Notes: generated by a model not told the origin, from the letters alone. DNA of 64,000 bases from Lama glama (GCA_028534125.1 CM052816.1:96412001-96476000), one strand, 5' to 3'. Positions 35,187 through 49,619 are shown, counted from the stretch's first letter. A program made the numbers and translations.

Positions 35187-38100
35187 GTACCTGTGTTTAT
35201 TTTATTCTTTGTATCTTCCACAGCACTTGGAATATCTAAGCAGCGAGGTTTATCTTCCACTAAGCAACGTTCTTACCTTCTTGACTACAACATGCAGCTG
35301 CAAGAAGTGTGTTTAGGGGTCGCAAATTTGCCTCGGTGGCAATGGTTTTTCTGCTGAGTGTACACAAGATGCCAAAGGCTCCCACAAGCTTCAGATTCAT
35401 CTTCTTGTTTCAGAATATAGACAAGTTGCCCAAAATCATGTGAAGATAGTGAATAAAAAAATAAAATAAAATGGTTGTGGTATATTTAGAGCAATATGAG
35501 AAATATTCTTATTTTTAGCTTTACTTTAACTCTATCTCTGTTTAAATGGGGGTTTAACTTTTTTCTTATTGATGAAACTTGACTTTTCAACAAATGGTTG
35601 TGACATAATTCAAAGGATAGATTACACCTGTATCTTCATGACACTGAAGCCAACTACAAGTAAACTGAGCACACTTGGTGGTAAGTGGTTAGAATTTTGT
35701 TCTTGCTAACAGCCCAGCCTCTCTTAGTTGAGGATTTAATTTATAATTTATTGACTGGCAATTAGATTACTTTGTTTTCCTTCAATGTGTCTCCTCTCTT
35801 AATGTCTAAATTGGTACATATAAATGTACATATGAAATCTTTCTTCTTTTCTTCATGTTTCTAGCCCTGTAACAGTAGGGTGACACAATAGTGCGCTTGC
35901 ATTTTCCTTACATCCCAAAACAGACTCTTCAGCTACGTCAGGGAGCATATATTTAAATTTGGCTCTAGCATTTACTAAAAGCTCTTCACTTCTGTTAAAT
36001 TCCATGACTCCTGGTACACCAGTTTGGAAGTCTGCTTTTTTTTTTTTTAATCTAAGCATCACATTGATTAATTTCAGTATTTCCTCAGAAACACCAAACT
36101 GGTTTCTATTCAATAACTAATAAATCAAAGGAGCTTAAGCTGAAACATTGATTGTCAGCTTCGCTATAGGAGATGCCTTTCTCACTGGACACAAAGCAGG
36201 ACCACCATAAAGCAAAATATAGAGGAATTTTCATCATCTGAATATAGTGACCTTATAATGAAAAACACCCTAGTGCTCAATGTGAAATCTTAGTTTTGCC
36301 TTCCTTCTTTCCTTCCCAATTCTTTGTAGCGCACGCCAAACAGCTGAGAATGTTGCATTGCCTTTCTGAGTCCAGAGGACAACCAGTGCATGTCCACGTG
36401 TGTTGGTGCAGAGAGACAAAGACAAGCCCTGTGCAGGTGGCCCAGGTAATTGTCCAGAGGTGTCGTTAATATGTGGACCTGCACTCCTCCCTCACATTCT
36501 TCAGTCAAGAGGTTTGAAAAATCCTTCTGGGCGTCTATTTTTAAAATCGGTAAGAAAAACTCAGGGCAAGAGTCCCTGCCGCAGGTGCTGTTTTTCGCAG
36601 AAACAAAAATATCTTGGCTTCTTAAAATGTTAGAAATGACAATGATAGTAAAATGTCTCTCTCAATATTACCAGGTATTTGCTCTTTGGCTCTGGGTTTA
36701 ACTTTAAAACTATGGAGGTTATAAAAATGAAAATCCATAAAGAAACAAATCAGGAGGAATATTCTTCCGGTAGGATCAACTATATCAATATATATGGCAC
36801 CTATACTGATTTGCATAGATAAAGGACAGGCATTATATGCACTGTTCAGAAAAGTAAAAACAGCCAATACCAAATAATGACAGAGTGGGGTCACCATCTC
36901 TAGGAGCAGTGGGACCCTGACTCGGTTCTGCCTCTTCTTCGTGGACGTCAACTCCTGGCACCCTGGCAGCAGCGGCCACTGTACACAAGTCAAAAAGGAT
37001 GTTTGGAGACTCTCATCTTAGAATCATGACATTTAATGTCAAAGAGAAACATGGGAATAGTCCAATTGGACAACACAACTATTCTTGATCCTCTAATCCA
37101 TTTTCTGTACTCAATGGGGAATGGGCTTGTAGATTTAGAAGTAAGTTTAATCACATCTTGCCCTTAATAAAAGCTTTCAATAATTTTTTTCAGTGCTTGT
37201 AGGATAAAAAGAACAAAGTCCTTAATGCACACATGAAATCTCTGCATGGTCTCATAATGTAACTGTTATTCATTAAACAGTGGACCAATTCTGTATTTCA
37301 ATAGGTAGAAATCTACCCAACAGCATGCAACAATAAACATGAATTAAAAATCGAAATATAATGAACTGCCCTCATCTCTCCCTTTTCCTCTCTCGTGTTT
37401 TCTTTCTTTTTTCAGCCAGTAATTTCAGAGTAAAACAGAGCCCGTTTTACTGATGGGCTCTATCTTCCTAAGAGCATTGGCACATTTCCTGTTATATGTA
37501 GAACGCTGCCTTCTATTAAATCCTTGATATGTTTAATTGGATGTCTTCTGTGTGACGTTGATGGTTTTTACACGAAAGACTGAGGCATTATGTGCAAGTC
37601 CCTCACACACTCATCAGTTGTCTTTGAGCCAGTGTCTCCCATTCACAGAAAGCTGGTCACTGCTCTGATACTGAGGATTTGCTCACATGGGCTTGGACAG
37701 GGATCCATAGGGGATATCAGTGTAGGAAAGGAATGTTCTTATGATTTACCTCATCCAGAAACAAATGAAAGTGAGGCCTTGATATCTCAGATAAATTATT
37801 GCAACTTAATTGAATAAGTCAGTTGCCTTCACTCCTGTGAATCTCCTTTAGCGTTAGGATGTAGACATATGTTGCTCATGGACTTTGATGAGCACAGTAT
37901 TGTAACAATAAAAGTAAAGCTGCGCCCTGGTTGTCATATCTGATGTTTTAAATCATCCTTCACCCCTTGTCAATGTCCACTTCTCATGCTGGCCTCTGTT
38001 TCAAACACCCCAGCGGATCTTGGCAGATGTTTCTCTTGGGTGGACTCTCTGGGTTGTGGGTCCTCACTTCTTCTCATCACTGGAAGGTACTTAGTGCAGA

Positions 38101-39344
38101 GATCTTCCTGTACCCAAGTGCGTATGGGGGCCAGGCTGGAGTCTCAGTCTTTATGTTCCCCACCCAGTTCCTGCTGAGTGGTCTGCACCTTCACACAGGG
38201 TGGTAGCGAAGGTACCACAATAGAATTGAGCATTAAACTGGAGTTTCATAAGACCGAATTACTGTGGGAGATGCCATCAGTATTGACCTCCAGTGAGAAA
38301 GGAAATGTTTAAAAATTGTTACAACATACAGCATTTTGTTTTTAAAAGCATCATCTCTCTTTGCTGGTGTTGCTTCTGAAAACCTGCACTGACATTTGGC
38401 TCTTTCTTAGGGGGGTTGGTGTCTCCTGGTTGGTGCCCCGCACACACCTGACTTCCAGGAGACAACGTCACACAGAATGGAGCCCTCCGGTGGGTGTTCA
38501 TTAGGTACGCACATGGAAGATGTTTCGCTAATAATCATGGAAGAAAGTCATAACATTCCTTTTCAGCTTAGATTTCATCTCATCAAGTTTCTTTTTGATG
38601 TCAATTCCTCAACTGATTTTACTCAACTTCCATTGTAGTTCTGTGAGCTAAGACTATGATATGGGTTTATAGTATGAGTAAACAGTTATATTCTTCTAAA
38701 CAAAAATCACAAGCAGTAAATCAGGGTAGAATTGGCTACCAAATAAATCTACTTGGATTTAATGGAAGCAGTAAGTAGTTCTTAAATTTACTCTTGCCCC
38801 GTTGTGTTTAGCACTTAGCATGCCTTGGAGAGGAGTCACCATGTATTTCTATAGGCAGATACACCTGTATCATTGTAAAGAAACATTGAACTTGGGTTTC
38901 TTGGGAGTTCTTCTCGCTTCCCTTCTAGGTGTCTTTGTGTTCAACATGGGTAGCTTGGGGACGCACCTGGTGTCAATGATACAGGTACAGCTGTCATGAA
39001 TCAGGATTAAATTTGTGTCTTCATGTGTTTTGGGGACATATTTGTTCCATGGAACTTTCTTTTCCTGGTGCACGGGTACTAGTTAATCAACTCCAGATTG
39101 GAAAACATCTATAAATTATAATCTGACATGAGACGTTACAAGCCATTTGTTACCATTTAGAATGGCTTAATACTATCCCTTTGTTTATTACTCATCAAAG
39201 TAGATTGAGTGTTATTCTTAGAATGTGACCCTCCCTTACTTGCATTCTAATGCTCCTCATGAGAGGATGATAAAGGGTTGGTGTGGAAGCCAGCACGTGC
39301 CCTGATGGCATCAGAGAGCAGAAAGGGCTGGAGTTGAATTGATT

Positions 39345-39650
39345 CAGGTGTTCTCTGAACATCCACTGAAGGTCCGCTAGGCCCCAGGAGCTGTGTCCGG
39401 TGCCGGGAGACAGGGACGGAAGGCTCAGTCCCTGTGCTCTAGCTGCTCCCTGCTCAGAGGGACGGACGGACAGAACAAGGAAGATGCGGTGTGATAATCA
39501 CTATGGCAGCATTTGAACAGGGTCTCACCTAGAAGAACCCCCAGCCCTTTCCAGTGAGGATCAGCAAGTGTGTCTTGGAGGAAATGAGACTTGAACTTGA
39601 TGTTTAGAAACAATAGGAATAAGCCAAGCCAACCAAACAAACTGGGCCGC
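39345..39650 (-). mobile_element. L2 3' end fragment
   Basis: 'ctgaacatccactgaag..gccccaggagctgtgtccggtgccgggagacag..cagtccctgtgctct' and 'tcttggaggaaatgagacttgaacttga'. Confidence 0.7.
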
Positions 39651-40774
39651 GGAGCGAGGAATAGACCCAGCGTGTGCACAGGACCAAATAACACCTTAGC
39701 AACCGCCTGGGAAGCAAAAACTCGCCACGCCCTGGCAATGGTGAAACTCAAAACATTTGTAATTTGTGAATCTGGGGTAAGAGACACAGTTTCATTCGAC
39801 CCAAGCTTATGTCAGTAATCTCAACTCAGGAAGGCCAGCCCTTTACGTATTCACTCTTTCCTCCAGTCTTCTGCTTCTAGGGACACATAAATTAAAATTT
39901 TATTTCCATGGAGGCAAAAGGAAATCTTTGACTTTTAAAGGGCAATTCTGAGGCATCATATAAGAATTTGCCCATTTTATTTAGAACACTCTTGGTAAAT
40001 GGCTAGAATTAGAACTAGACCATCCAATTTCGACTACTTTCTTGGTGTAATTGTGTGTGTGTCCTGGTGTTTGAGAGAATTTTTTTTTAAGCCTTTCTTA
40101 TCTGGAGGGTTCAAAGACCTGTTGAACCCAACAGGCAACACCAGACTCTGTCTCGTGACATTTGTAGACTTATCACAACGTGGTGTGCTGCAGAGGGTAA
40201 CAGCTTTGATGGTAAATGACCTAGATGGTCTTTCTTTATCTAGGCTGAGATTTAGAAGATGTTTATAAATAATTTATTGTCTCCTCACAATGTGGAACAG
40301 TTGATAATAAGCGTTTTCTTCAACATAGGTAGAAAACTAGAAATAAAAATAATGAGTTATAGGAGAGAAAAAATAAGCAGAAGGATCTAATCAGAATGCA
40401 CACGTTGTCACCCTGGTCTGTTCTCCTGACACTCCTTGGTGGTTTTCAAATAAATTCTCCACTTGGATTCTGCAAGAATTATCTGTAGCGAGAGGTCTCA
40501 GTTCTGTGAACGGGGCATTCAGTTCCGTTTTTGACTCCAGCCTGCTCCTGCTGCTAACCCACCGAGGGCATGCAATACAAAACAAATAATTTCCTCCTGG
40601 TTTCAGAATATGAAGAGCTTGGATCAGACAGTACATCTAGAGTTCTTTCTGTTCTAAAATTTTGTGCCTCTAAGTCAATGTTTTATGATGGCTTGTTTTT
40701 CCTCTAAATTTTCCCCTCTCAGATAAATGTCAGGAGCTGTAATTACCCTGGGGAAAGTACAGATTTCTGGTCCT

Positions 40775-40965
40775 AACTATATGCCCACTGCTACTGTAAG
40801 CAGTTAAATATGCTGGCTCATTTGATTCTCCTGGTCACACAGAAGGTGGATGCTACTCATTATGCCCAGCTTAGAGATGACAAAGGTGGGGCTTGGGGAG
40901 CCTCAGTAATCGCCAAGGTCACACCCAGAGGTGACGAACGAGGTTTCAAACCTGGCGTATCTCCA
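40775..40965 (-). mobile_element. MIR SINE, degraded
   Basis: 'actatatgccc..ctcatttgattctc..cattatgcccagcttagagatga..gccaaggtcacacccag..ggtttcaaacctgg'. Confidence 0.65.
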
Positions 40966-41421
40966 GAGCCTGCTTGGGGATCCTCTGCTTCTGTGGCACA
41001 GGGAGGGGCCCTGGGGAGGAAAGTGGCCAGGCTGACATATGTCAGGAGAGTTCTTGGTTATACCAACCCTCTTGGCAGCTTTGGACTGCAGAGATTTCCC
41101 CCGTACTTGCTGGGAGCCCCAGGGGCCATGGAGCCGTGGATAAGAGACTGGTTCTTGACTATTTACTAGCCAGAGAAGTGGGGGGCAGGGTGTTGTGCCA
41201 TTCAGGGCACCTCCTGCTGTATGCACATACAACTCTGGGCATGTGCAGGCCAGGGCACGAGGCCTGGGCCAAGGAATTAAGGCCTTTCATAACGTAGCAG
41301 ATCTTCCAACAGATGCCCTTAATCCCAGGGAGCCTGGCGCAGTCTTCCCACACGGCGCAGTGTGGGAACCAAGCCCTCATCGTGAGCTTAGCAGGACCCT
41401 TCCCAGCTGTCGTCTCTACCA

Positions 41422-41484
41422 AGCCTGCCTTCAGGGCCCTGTCCCACTGCCCCAGCCTGCCTTCAGGGCCCTGTCCCACTGCCC
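41422..41484. repeat. Perfect 32-bp tandem duplication (2 copies)
   Basis: agcctgccttcagggccctgtcccactgccc(c) at 41422-41453 and 41454-41484. Confidence 0.95.
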
Positions 41485-41559
41485 AAGCGGCAGGAGTTTT
41501 CATCTCAGTTAGTCCTGTTGGGGCCGAGGCACCACAAGGCTGATCGTGCTGTAAATTTT

Positions 41560-41960
41560 AATTTACAGTATTTTCCTAGTGCCTCCACCTCCCCTCAGCC
41601 TGTGACTACCCACCCCAGGCGAACAGGTGCACTTGTGTGGTAGGGGGTCCTGCCACAGGGTCCCCTCTTGTTTTCCCCTGACTGTGACCTAGTGACATTC
41701 GCATGCACCAGTGAAATCCCTTTGGGGCTTTGCTCGTGAACTTTGCCCTGCCCCCGTTAAAGGCGCTGCCCCGGGGCGCTCGCTCCTGGCTGGGTTGAGC
41801 TGGCTTTCTTGTCTTTCCCTCCACGCGGCCCCTCGTGGCGTGAGGTTTCTCTGTTTCTCTAGGACCTGTGAATGCAACAAACTTCGTTTCCCTCCATGTC
41901 TCCTGTGTCTCCTCTTGTGGTTGTGCCTGACTGATCATCTCATGAAAGAACGCAAAGCAC
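41560..41960 (+). mobile_element. ERVL-class LTR (MER74/MER76/MER88-like group)
   Basis: 'ctttccctccacgcggcccctcgtggcgtg..ctaggacctgtgaatgcaacaaac' resembles the GGACCTGTRAGTAATAAA region of this group. 5' boundary uncertain. Confidence 0.6.
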
Positions 41961-42029
41961 CCTCCTTCCATCCTCCAAGCCAGCAGCGCTGTATCTCTCT
42001 GGTCCAATAATATGATCTGAAATATGCTG

Positions 42030-42250
42030 TTACGTATTTCTCTGACCACACCAGGAAAGGTTCTCTGCCATCAAGGTCTCATGTCGTTAGACTGGACCCA
42101 GTCGGGAAATCCAGGGTTACCTCCCCATGCCAAGGTCCTTCACGCAATCACACCTGCAAAGCCCCTGCTTTGCCATGTAAGGTGACATTCTCAGGACCCG
42201 GGGATCAGGATGTAGACATCTTTGAGGGGCATTAGTCTGCCTCCACCACA
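42030..42250 (-). mobile_element. MaLR LTR 5' part (MLT1D-like)
   Basis: 'aatcacacctgcaaagccc..ttgccatgtaaggtgacattctcaggacccggggatcaggatgtagacatctttgaggggcatta..ccaccaca'. Confidence 0.88.
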
Positions 42251-42920
42251 GATTCATAGGGAAAATAAAACAACTCTCAGTAGTGGGGTGGAGGGTGAGT
42301 GCATAGTACACCTACAATTTGAAGATGAGGTTGTCAGCAACAGAAGAGTCGATGAACCTGGGTCACCTGTGATTGGAAGCTTTGGTGGCCGGTCCTCAGA
42401 TAACAAGGCTGTGCCCTCATCAGTGCAGCAATATCCCCGTAACCGACACAGGCCGGGTGCTGGCGTGTCACTCTGGCGGTGGGAGTGGCAGTGCTCTGGG
42501 TGGCTGCCTCCTTTGGTAGCTCCGCGGGCTGGGCTCCTGCGTTGCTGACTCACGCGGGGGCCGGACTGAAGGCTGTGTTAGCGCAGAGCACACCTCCTGT
42601 CTTAGATGAGCTCGCATATGGGGTTCCCCGGGCATCAGATCAGAAAGGACTTAAAAGGTAGAGTGGGTCCTGCGTCAGTCCCAGTGAGTTCTTCCAGAAT
42701 GGAGAGAAATGCAGGCTGGGTTAGGAACGGAGGTGGATGTGCACTGTAAGAGGGACAGCAAAGAAAAGGGAAGGTAAACAGACTGTCCACATATACTCAC
42801 GCCTGCTGTACTGTAGACCAGGGTAACTAGTCACAGTGTCAGAAAACGGATCAGAGGCCATTAGCCCAGAGTCCTAGAGCTGGAATTCCTAACCCCTGGT
42901 CTTCCATCTCCGGATTCCTT

Positions 42921-42948
42921 CCCAGCGCAGCCCAGCGCAGCCCAGCGC
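42921..42948. repeat. 10-bp tandem repeat (cccagcgcag) x2.8
   Basis: cccagcgcag cccagcgcag cccagcgc. Confidence 0.9.
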
Positions 42949-42999
42949 CTGCCCTGGCTGGGGCTTGTGCGGCTCGCTCGGCACCACTCCCACCTGCTC

Positions 43000-43215
43000 G
43001 CACTCTGTCTCAGCACCATTTACCGCTTTTACAGCAGACATCACTGTTTGGAATCATTCCCTTATCAATTTGTTTACTTACTTGTTTAGACAATCCACCC
43101 CAGTGAACCTAGAATTTGACGACCATCTAGGTCATGGTAGGTCCTGCAGGGTTTGTGTCTTTGGGGTCTAGCCCGGGTCCCACCCTAAGTACCTGGTGAA
43201 TAATCCATTGACTGG
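43000..43215 (+). mobile_element. L2 3' end fragment, degraded
   Basis: 'acagcagacatcactgtttggaatcattcccttatcaatttgtttacttacttgttt..tctagcccggg..aataatccattgactg'. Confidence 0.55.
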
Positions 43216-46214
43216 TGCGCTGAGTAAAGAGGGAAGAGGAGAATTTGGGGAAAACACAGAGGTTTGATGACATTTCCGAGGTTTCACTTGTCCTATTGAA
43301 TTTAAGAAAGAAAAGGGTAAGTCACTGGTTTGTCAAAATGGACGATTTTTATCCAGTCAAAGTTTTCATTTTGCCTCACATTCGAGAAAGTGGTATAAAA
43401 TTACACATCTATGAAGCAAGCAAATTTGGGAAAGTAATGGAGACTTTCATAAAACTAAATTTGAGCATAATTTCACTGACTGGAAGTTTAAATGTTACCA
43501 AATAGGACAAATCAAGAGGTCATATGTAGCCATAAAGGGCCCTTTGACTAGGCTCTGTTTGAATCAGTTCCCTGAGAGAACGAGTGCGCTGGTGGCCTGG
43601 CCTGAGGCTGTGGTCCTTCTCCTTCGGGGCCGACGGTGCTGATGGCTGTTTGCCCTGCCGGCGGCACAGCCTAGGCCCGCAGCGGGGAGCATTTTAGCAT
43701 CTTGATCGCCGTTTCCTAAGCTCCCACAGCACTGGCACCTTAAATTCCATTCTTACTTCTTCTGTGTGAGCTTGCGGTTAGGAAGACCACACCCCCACTT
43801 TAGAAAGCAGAGTAAGAGTCTGCAGGGAGGTATAATACGACGATGGTCAGGTGGTCGCCTGTGAAATGTCTGCCAGATGCAAAACTGCCCAAGTTGCAGA
43901 CCCGTGAGTGGTCAGACTTCCCACAGGTGACGTTCTAGAACGTTCTGCAGCATGTGACTCAGTGTGGTTAGGTTCTCTTTGATGAATCCTTTTCTTTTGT
44001 CTGTCAAACAATTAGGGTGTTTCACTAGCACTGGGTGACCTGCGGAGCAGTGCATGATAAGGACGCACGAGTGAAAAAACGGCCTGTTCTCCAGGTCCAC
44101 TGAGTTCCATGGTGTTTTATCTTACTACGTTGTGTGTGCTGATGTGCGTTTCCTTAAAACCTCTCTGAAGGTGGATGTTGTGTGAATCAATCAATGGATC
44201 AGTCAGTCCACAAGTAAATCTGTGAACTGGGAGCTGCTCGGTGTGTTCTGTCTAAGTTTGAATATTCTGTGATGGAAGCTTTTTAAATTATTGACTGAAG
44301 TGTAAATATTGTCAAACTACCCTCAGGGAAAAATATATATAAGGAGGAAATATTCCAATTGCATCAGCATTTAGCTCTGTAATTAATCGGCGGGGAAAAA
44401 ATAATTCAGGATGGATTTTCTGAGTTTGTTCCCCTGTTATAAATGATAACTTATGAAGTACATATCATGAAACTTGAGAAATACTTGGTACAATAATAGA
44501 TGATTTTCTGCAAAAATCTTTTTAATTACAAATGCTTTTATTTTAACATTTGCTATTTTATGATATATTTCAAGTGATATTTTTAGTGATACTTTATAGC
44601 TAAAACAAAATGAAAATATCATTAAATTCAGGCAATTAGCTTGATAAAAATGTTGATACATGTAAGTTGTTTTTTGTATATTAAATTACAAATACATATT
44701 TCCTAGTTTATTCGTCAAAGAGCAGCATAAACAGAATAATTTTATCCCTTATGTGTTTCAGTAAAATAATGTTTTTGTGGTATAAAATAGGGCAATTTTG
44801 ATAATAATAGGGTATTTCACCCTGAATGTTCTATATTTTGTCTATAGAATTATAAAATAACTACTTATGTTAATTCTGGACAGAATTTCAGGTCAATTTT
44901 TAGATGTCTCAATGTTTTCATATTAAAAATAAATCTTTGTTTTTTCAATGAAGCAAACATATATTTTAAAAGTCCCATTTCTTATTTGTTCACTATATGA
45001 AGGATCAAACAGAATAGAAATCATTTATCTTGTGTAGCTGGTTACACAATAACACAATATAACTAAATTAAATTATTAATTTAAATCAATTTAGCACAAT
45101 ATAAGTAGAAAATAATTTGAATTTTTATCCAAATAACTCAGAGATCACCACATAAACTTTTTTTTTTAACACCCATGAAGAATTAATGTAAGATGAAGCG
45201 GGAATGAATTTTGACTGCTGAATTTAGATTTTCTGGTTTGTGCATGTATATGTGTGTGTGTGTGAGAGAGAGTCAGGGACAAGAAAGCACTGAGCGCGGC
45301 CAGAGGTTGAGGACTTACATTTGCATGTTGTCTTTTTAAGTGCAGAGAGGTTTTTGGGTGAGTCAGTAATGACATCCCCACATATGACCACCACTTTAAA
45401 AGACTAAGCAAATTATTAATCTGATTGCTTTACATATTGCTTCAAAAGCTTAAAAATTAAAACAAAAATTTCTTCAACACATCACTTCATGTCAGGCTGT
45501 GATTAGATGTGACAGGATCTTTTAAAAAGATGGTACAACAGGCCTTCTCAGAGCAGTTCCTCTGACCTGGATCTATCCACAGTGAAGAGTGGCCTGGGGT
45601 GGAAACGTCTCCTTTTCCTGTGGCCCCGGCACTACAGGAACACTCGCCACAAACTCAGCACATTTCTCTAATATAAGAAATGTCTTCCTTTCTTAAACCT
45701 GTTCTTAAAATTAACATGATGTTGTCCATTAAAATCTCTGATTATTGATTTGATGCCTGATTGCAGGGGGGAGAGCATCTCTTAAAGAAAACCAAGATTT
45801 GTGAGGGATTCGGATTTTATATCCTCCTTTTCTGCTGAAAAGTCATACTAGGTAAGTAAAAACTCCACAAAGTAAAAAATTTTCCATTTCAAAAGTATTT
45901 AATAATATGACACTGGATATAATCCTGTTACTTACTCTTTAATGTTGTCTAAAAGCATAATGTAGTGTTCAGTGAAGTTATATTCAATACCAGGACTGAT
46001 AAATGCTTAACTGCATATGTTTTTCTTTCATACCATATACATCACACTTGAAAAAATAAATAGAACCCAGAAACCCGTACATACATCTCATGGCACTTCA
46101 ATGACAATATTTAAAAGTGAGTTTATATTTAAAATGTATTCCTTCCCTTACCTGTCTGAAGGTTACTCTATGAAGTAGCATACAAATCAGAACTGAATTT
46201 GAGAGTCCTGTGAG

Positions 46215-47360
46215 TTCAGAAATTCATCACTGCTTCCTAACAACAAGTGAAAAACTGAACATCTCAAAAATGAGCAACTCTTCTTTGATCCCTCAGAGAA
46301 GTGTGGTCACAGGACAAACCACTGCCTTCAAAACTGGAGAAACAGAGCGGCAGATGCAGAGACTCCTGGCTAACCTGCACAGAAACCCGGGAGCAGGGAC
46401 AGACACCTGGCAGGGAGCCGCGCTAGGGCAGGAGGACACGGACCGTAACTGCCAGACTGTGGGGACCAAGTGTGGACAGATCTGAGAGTTAGAACTTCAC
46501 AGGGAGCATGAGGGTCCCCAAGGCTTTTGGGTTTTACTTCCTGAATTCTAACAGATTCTCACAGTAAAGATCTGAGAAAAACGCCCTTGGTTTTCCAGCC
46601 GGGAGAGAGGAAAAGTAAATGCAGGAGAGCATCCTTAACCAGGTCTGCCCCTGGGATACATTATTTTACCAGAGCCGACCTTGCTGGATTCTTATGCGTC
46701 TCACAAGCCCTGGGGAAGAGAAGTGCCCAAGTCTAGTTCTCACCAGCCTTGAACACGAGGAGAGAGACACATCCACATCCAGACCCTCTGTCCATCCTGT
46801 CCCACCTGAGGGGGAAGTAATAGCTGAGGAGCACTGGCGGAGGCTCACGGCCCAAGGGTGTGCACTCACCAGAAGGCTGAGGGCCAGTCAGCACCGTAGC
46901 TCGCTGCCCCTCGCCGACACCTCACCACTACCTTCCTGAAGGCCCACGGCCGCATTCCTCTTACCCAGTACATCATGTCCACGTTTCAAAAAAATTTCTA
47001 AGGCAAAGAAAAAGGTAAAAAACACAATTTAATGAGTCAGAGAAAGCTTCAGATCCAGACCCAGGAATGGCAGGGATGTGGAAATTGTCAGACTGTGAAT
47101 TTAAGGCAACTATGATCTATATGATAAGGGCGCTGACGGAAAGAGTGAGCAACATGCAAGAACGTGTGGAGAATGTGAGCAGAGAGGGGAGCATTCTAAG
47201 AAAGAAATCAAAACACAAGGCTAGAGAACGAAAACAATGCAACAGGAACGAAGAATTCCTTGTTGGACTCGTTAATCTATGGACCATGGTTGAGGAAAGA
47301 ATCTCTGAGTTTGAGGATATGTTATTAGAAATAACCAAAATGGAAAAGCAAAGAGAATAG
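46215..47360 (+). mobile_element. Old L1 5' region and ORF1 N-terminal part (L1M4/L1MD 5'-like)
   Basis: 'caactcttctttgatccctcagagaagtgtggtcacaggacaaaccactgcc'. ORF 47067-47360 'LSDCEFKATMIYMIRAL..EERISEFED' resembles the ORF1p coiled-coil. Confidence 0.8.
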
Positions 47361-49059
47361 TTTAAATATATACCTATATACATATAGTTATCAGAAAAAC
47401 AACATTTGAGATATAATAAGCACCTCTTTTTGTGAGCTTTATTAGTAATTATTAACTTTGTTCATACATTATGATTAGGGAAATTTTTCAAAAACGTATT
47501 TATGACTGAGTCTTCTTTTCAGAAGTTCTTCATTGACTGGGATGCTGCCAGGTTGAGAAGCATTGATTTACTTAAGAGTCAAAATTTTGCAGGACCTTAG
47601 AAACATCACTGTGAATATTGAATGTCATGATATATGCCTCGATTTTTTTAAAGTAAGAGAATTTCATATAAATAGTAATTTACTACTATATGCCATATGT
47701 TGTTATTTCTCTGAGATTAAAAATGTATGCATTAGCTATGTTTTTATCATTTTGAAAATCAAAAGAATTTGTCATGCTTCTAAAAATAGTAACTTTTTGT
47801 TTTATGTACTAAGATATTTACAAGTATTAATTGAATGGACACAAATCTGGAAGTATTTACATTTCAACTCCACTGACTAAACTTAAAACATATGTCACAG
47901 AGCAGAAAATAATTATTATTATATCAATTCAGAAACACTTTGAAAATATACAGGCACATTTCTAATAGCTGCCTGAGGAGGACTGAAAATAGTGTATGTT
48001 GTTTCTGGATGGTGCAAAGAAAGTATACTTCTTTTCATCTTTTGCATAGTGATAATAGTTATGGCATGAATTTTATTAGTATAATGCACTTTAGGATTCT
48101 GTGAAGAACAAAACAATTAGGAACATTTCAAAATTTTAATCATGTATTAAATTGATTTTCTTTGTGACTGGTAATGCAAAATGAGAAATTCACTGGAGAA
48201 CTGAAATAAATAAAGTTGCTTTCTTTAATTCTTCTTTCTTCAATTTACACTTACCATCAATCCCAGTCCAATTATCATTCTTTTTTTTCTAGCAATAGTC
48301 CCTCACTTTATGCATTTTTAAAGAATATAGACCCATTTTCCAAAAAACAAACAAACAAAAAACCCCACACATTTGGAATGCTCATGAATTACTTTTTTTA
48401 GAAGTAAATTTAGAATAAAAAACTGTCAATTCTGCTTACATAGTTATCATTGCACTTTCGTGTTATGTTATTTATCATTGGGAAATTATAAACTTGCTCT
48501 TCCTTTACTGACTTTCTTGAAATAAATTCCTTTTAATATACTTAGTGGTAATATCTTCTTTCCCAAAAAGTAAAACCACCAAAAGGATGTCTTCTTCAGG
48601 TAGTAACAAAATAGCTTGTATTGGACTAACTCATCCTCGGATAATAATAAACAACTGGGGGGGGGTGGGGAAGAAAGAAACAAATCCGAAGTAACTAAAA
48701 CAACCCAAAGCAGGTGGGAGGAATGTTGACACTAGAAAGAAAGTAGTGACACTCAGTTAGTTTCCCAGTTTGTGGTTTATTGCCTGATGGCAGACCACAG
48801 TTGTTCCCATGTGACGTGGCTAAATTTCTGGTAAAAATCTGGTTTTACTGGCTGAAATATCAGAGGAGAGTGAAGGAGAAAATTCTGTACGTGATAGAGC
48901 CAAAGAGGGGGAACAATAAGCTCTGTCTCATCTTCCCCAATTACTGGCTGTCCCCTTAACTGTGCTTTTACAGAACAGGCTCCAAGAAACCCAGAAAAGA
49001 TGCAGGAACCATAGAAGAAAAGAATAGATAAGTGTCATTAATCAGTATTTTAAATGTGT

Positions 49060-49385
49060 GCTTTTTCAAACACTTTAATGAAAATGAAAACCAAAGAGTG
49101 GCAGAAAATATTTCCAAAACATATTCCTGATGAAGAATTGCTAACTAGAATATGGAAGGAACTCCAAATGGCAAAGAAATAAAGAGGCAATAGCACAAAA
49201 CAATGAAAACAAAAATGTAAACCAAAGTGATATAGATGATAAACAAATTTCCTTAACATATTTAGTTATTAGGGAATTACACATTAAAATCACATTACTG
49301 CACACTTATGAGAATGACCTCATCTCCCTTGAAAACAGAAAAAAAGAAAAAAATCAGCCTCTGGCAAAGGTGTGAAGCTGCTCAT
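49060..49385 (+). mobile_element. Ancient L1 ORF2 fragment
   Basis: 'gagtggcagaaaatatttccaaaacatattcctgatgaagaattgctaactagaatatggaaggaactcc' and 'attagggaattacacattaaaatcaca'. Confidence 0.7.
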
Positions 49386-49619
49386 GCTTTGTTAATTTTC
49401 TTAGGTCCTTGCGTTTCTGCTGTTTCCCAGGCTAATGAGACTGATGGAAGAAGCAGGAACAGAAGTATTGGAATGTTACCACAATGTCAGTGGGTTTATT
49501 ACCCGTATTTCAATTAATCTAATTGAAAATGGTTTTCAAAAAATAATTTTTTCTATCTCACATATGTTAAGATGAAATATATTTTAAATTAAAGTGATGC
49601 TAATATCAATGGGCTTTTG

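Noticed and set aside
35853..36113. 86-aa ORF with protein-like composition (possible pseudogene)
   Set aside because: It starts at TTG and runs through a 13-nt homopolymer, and I cannot match it to a protein family.
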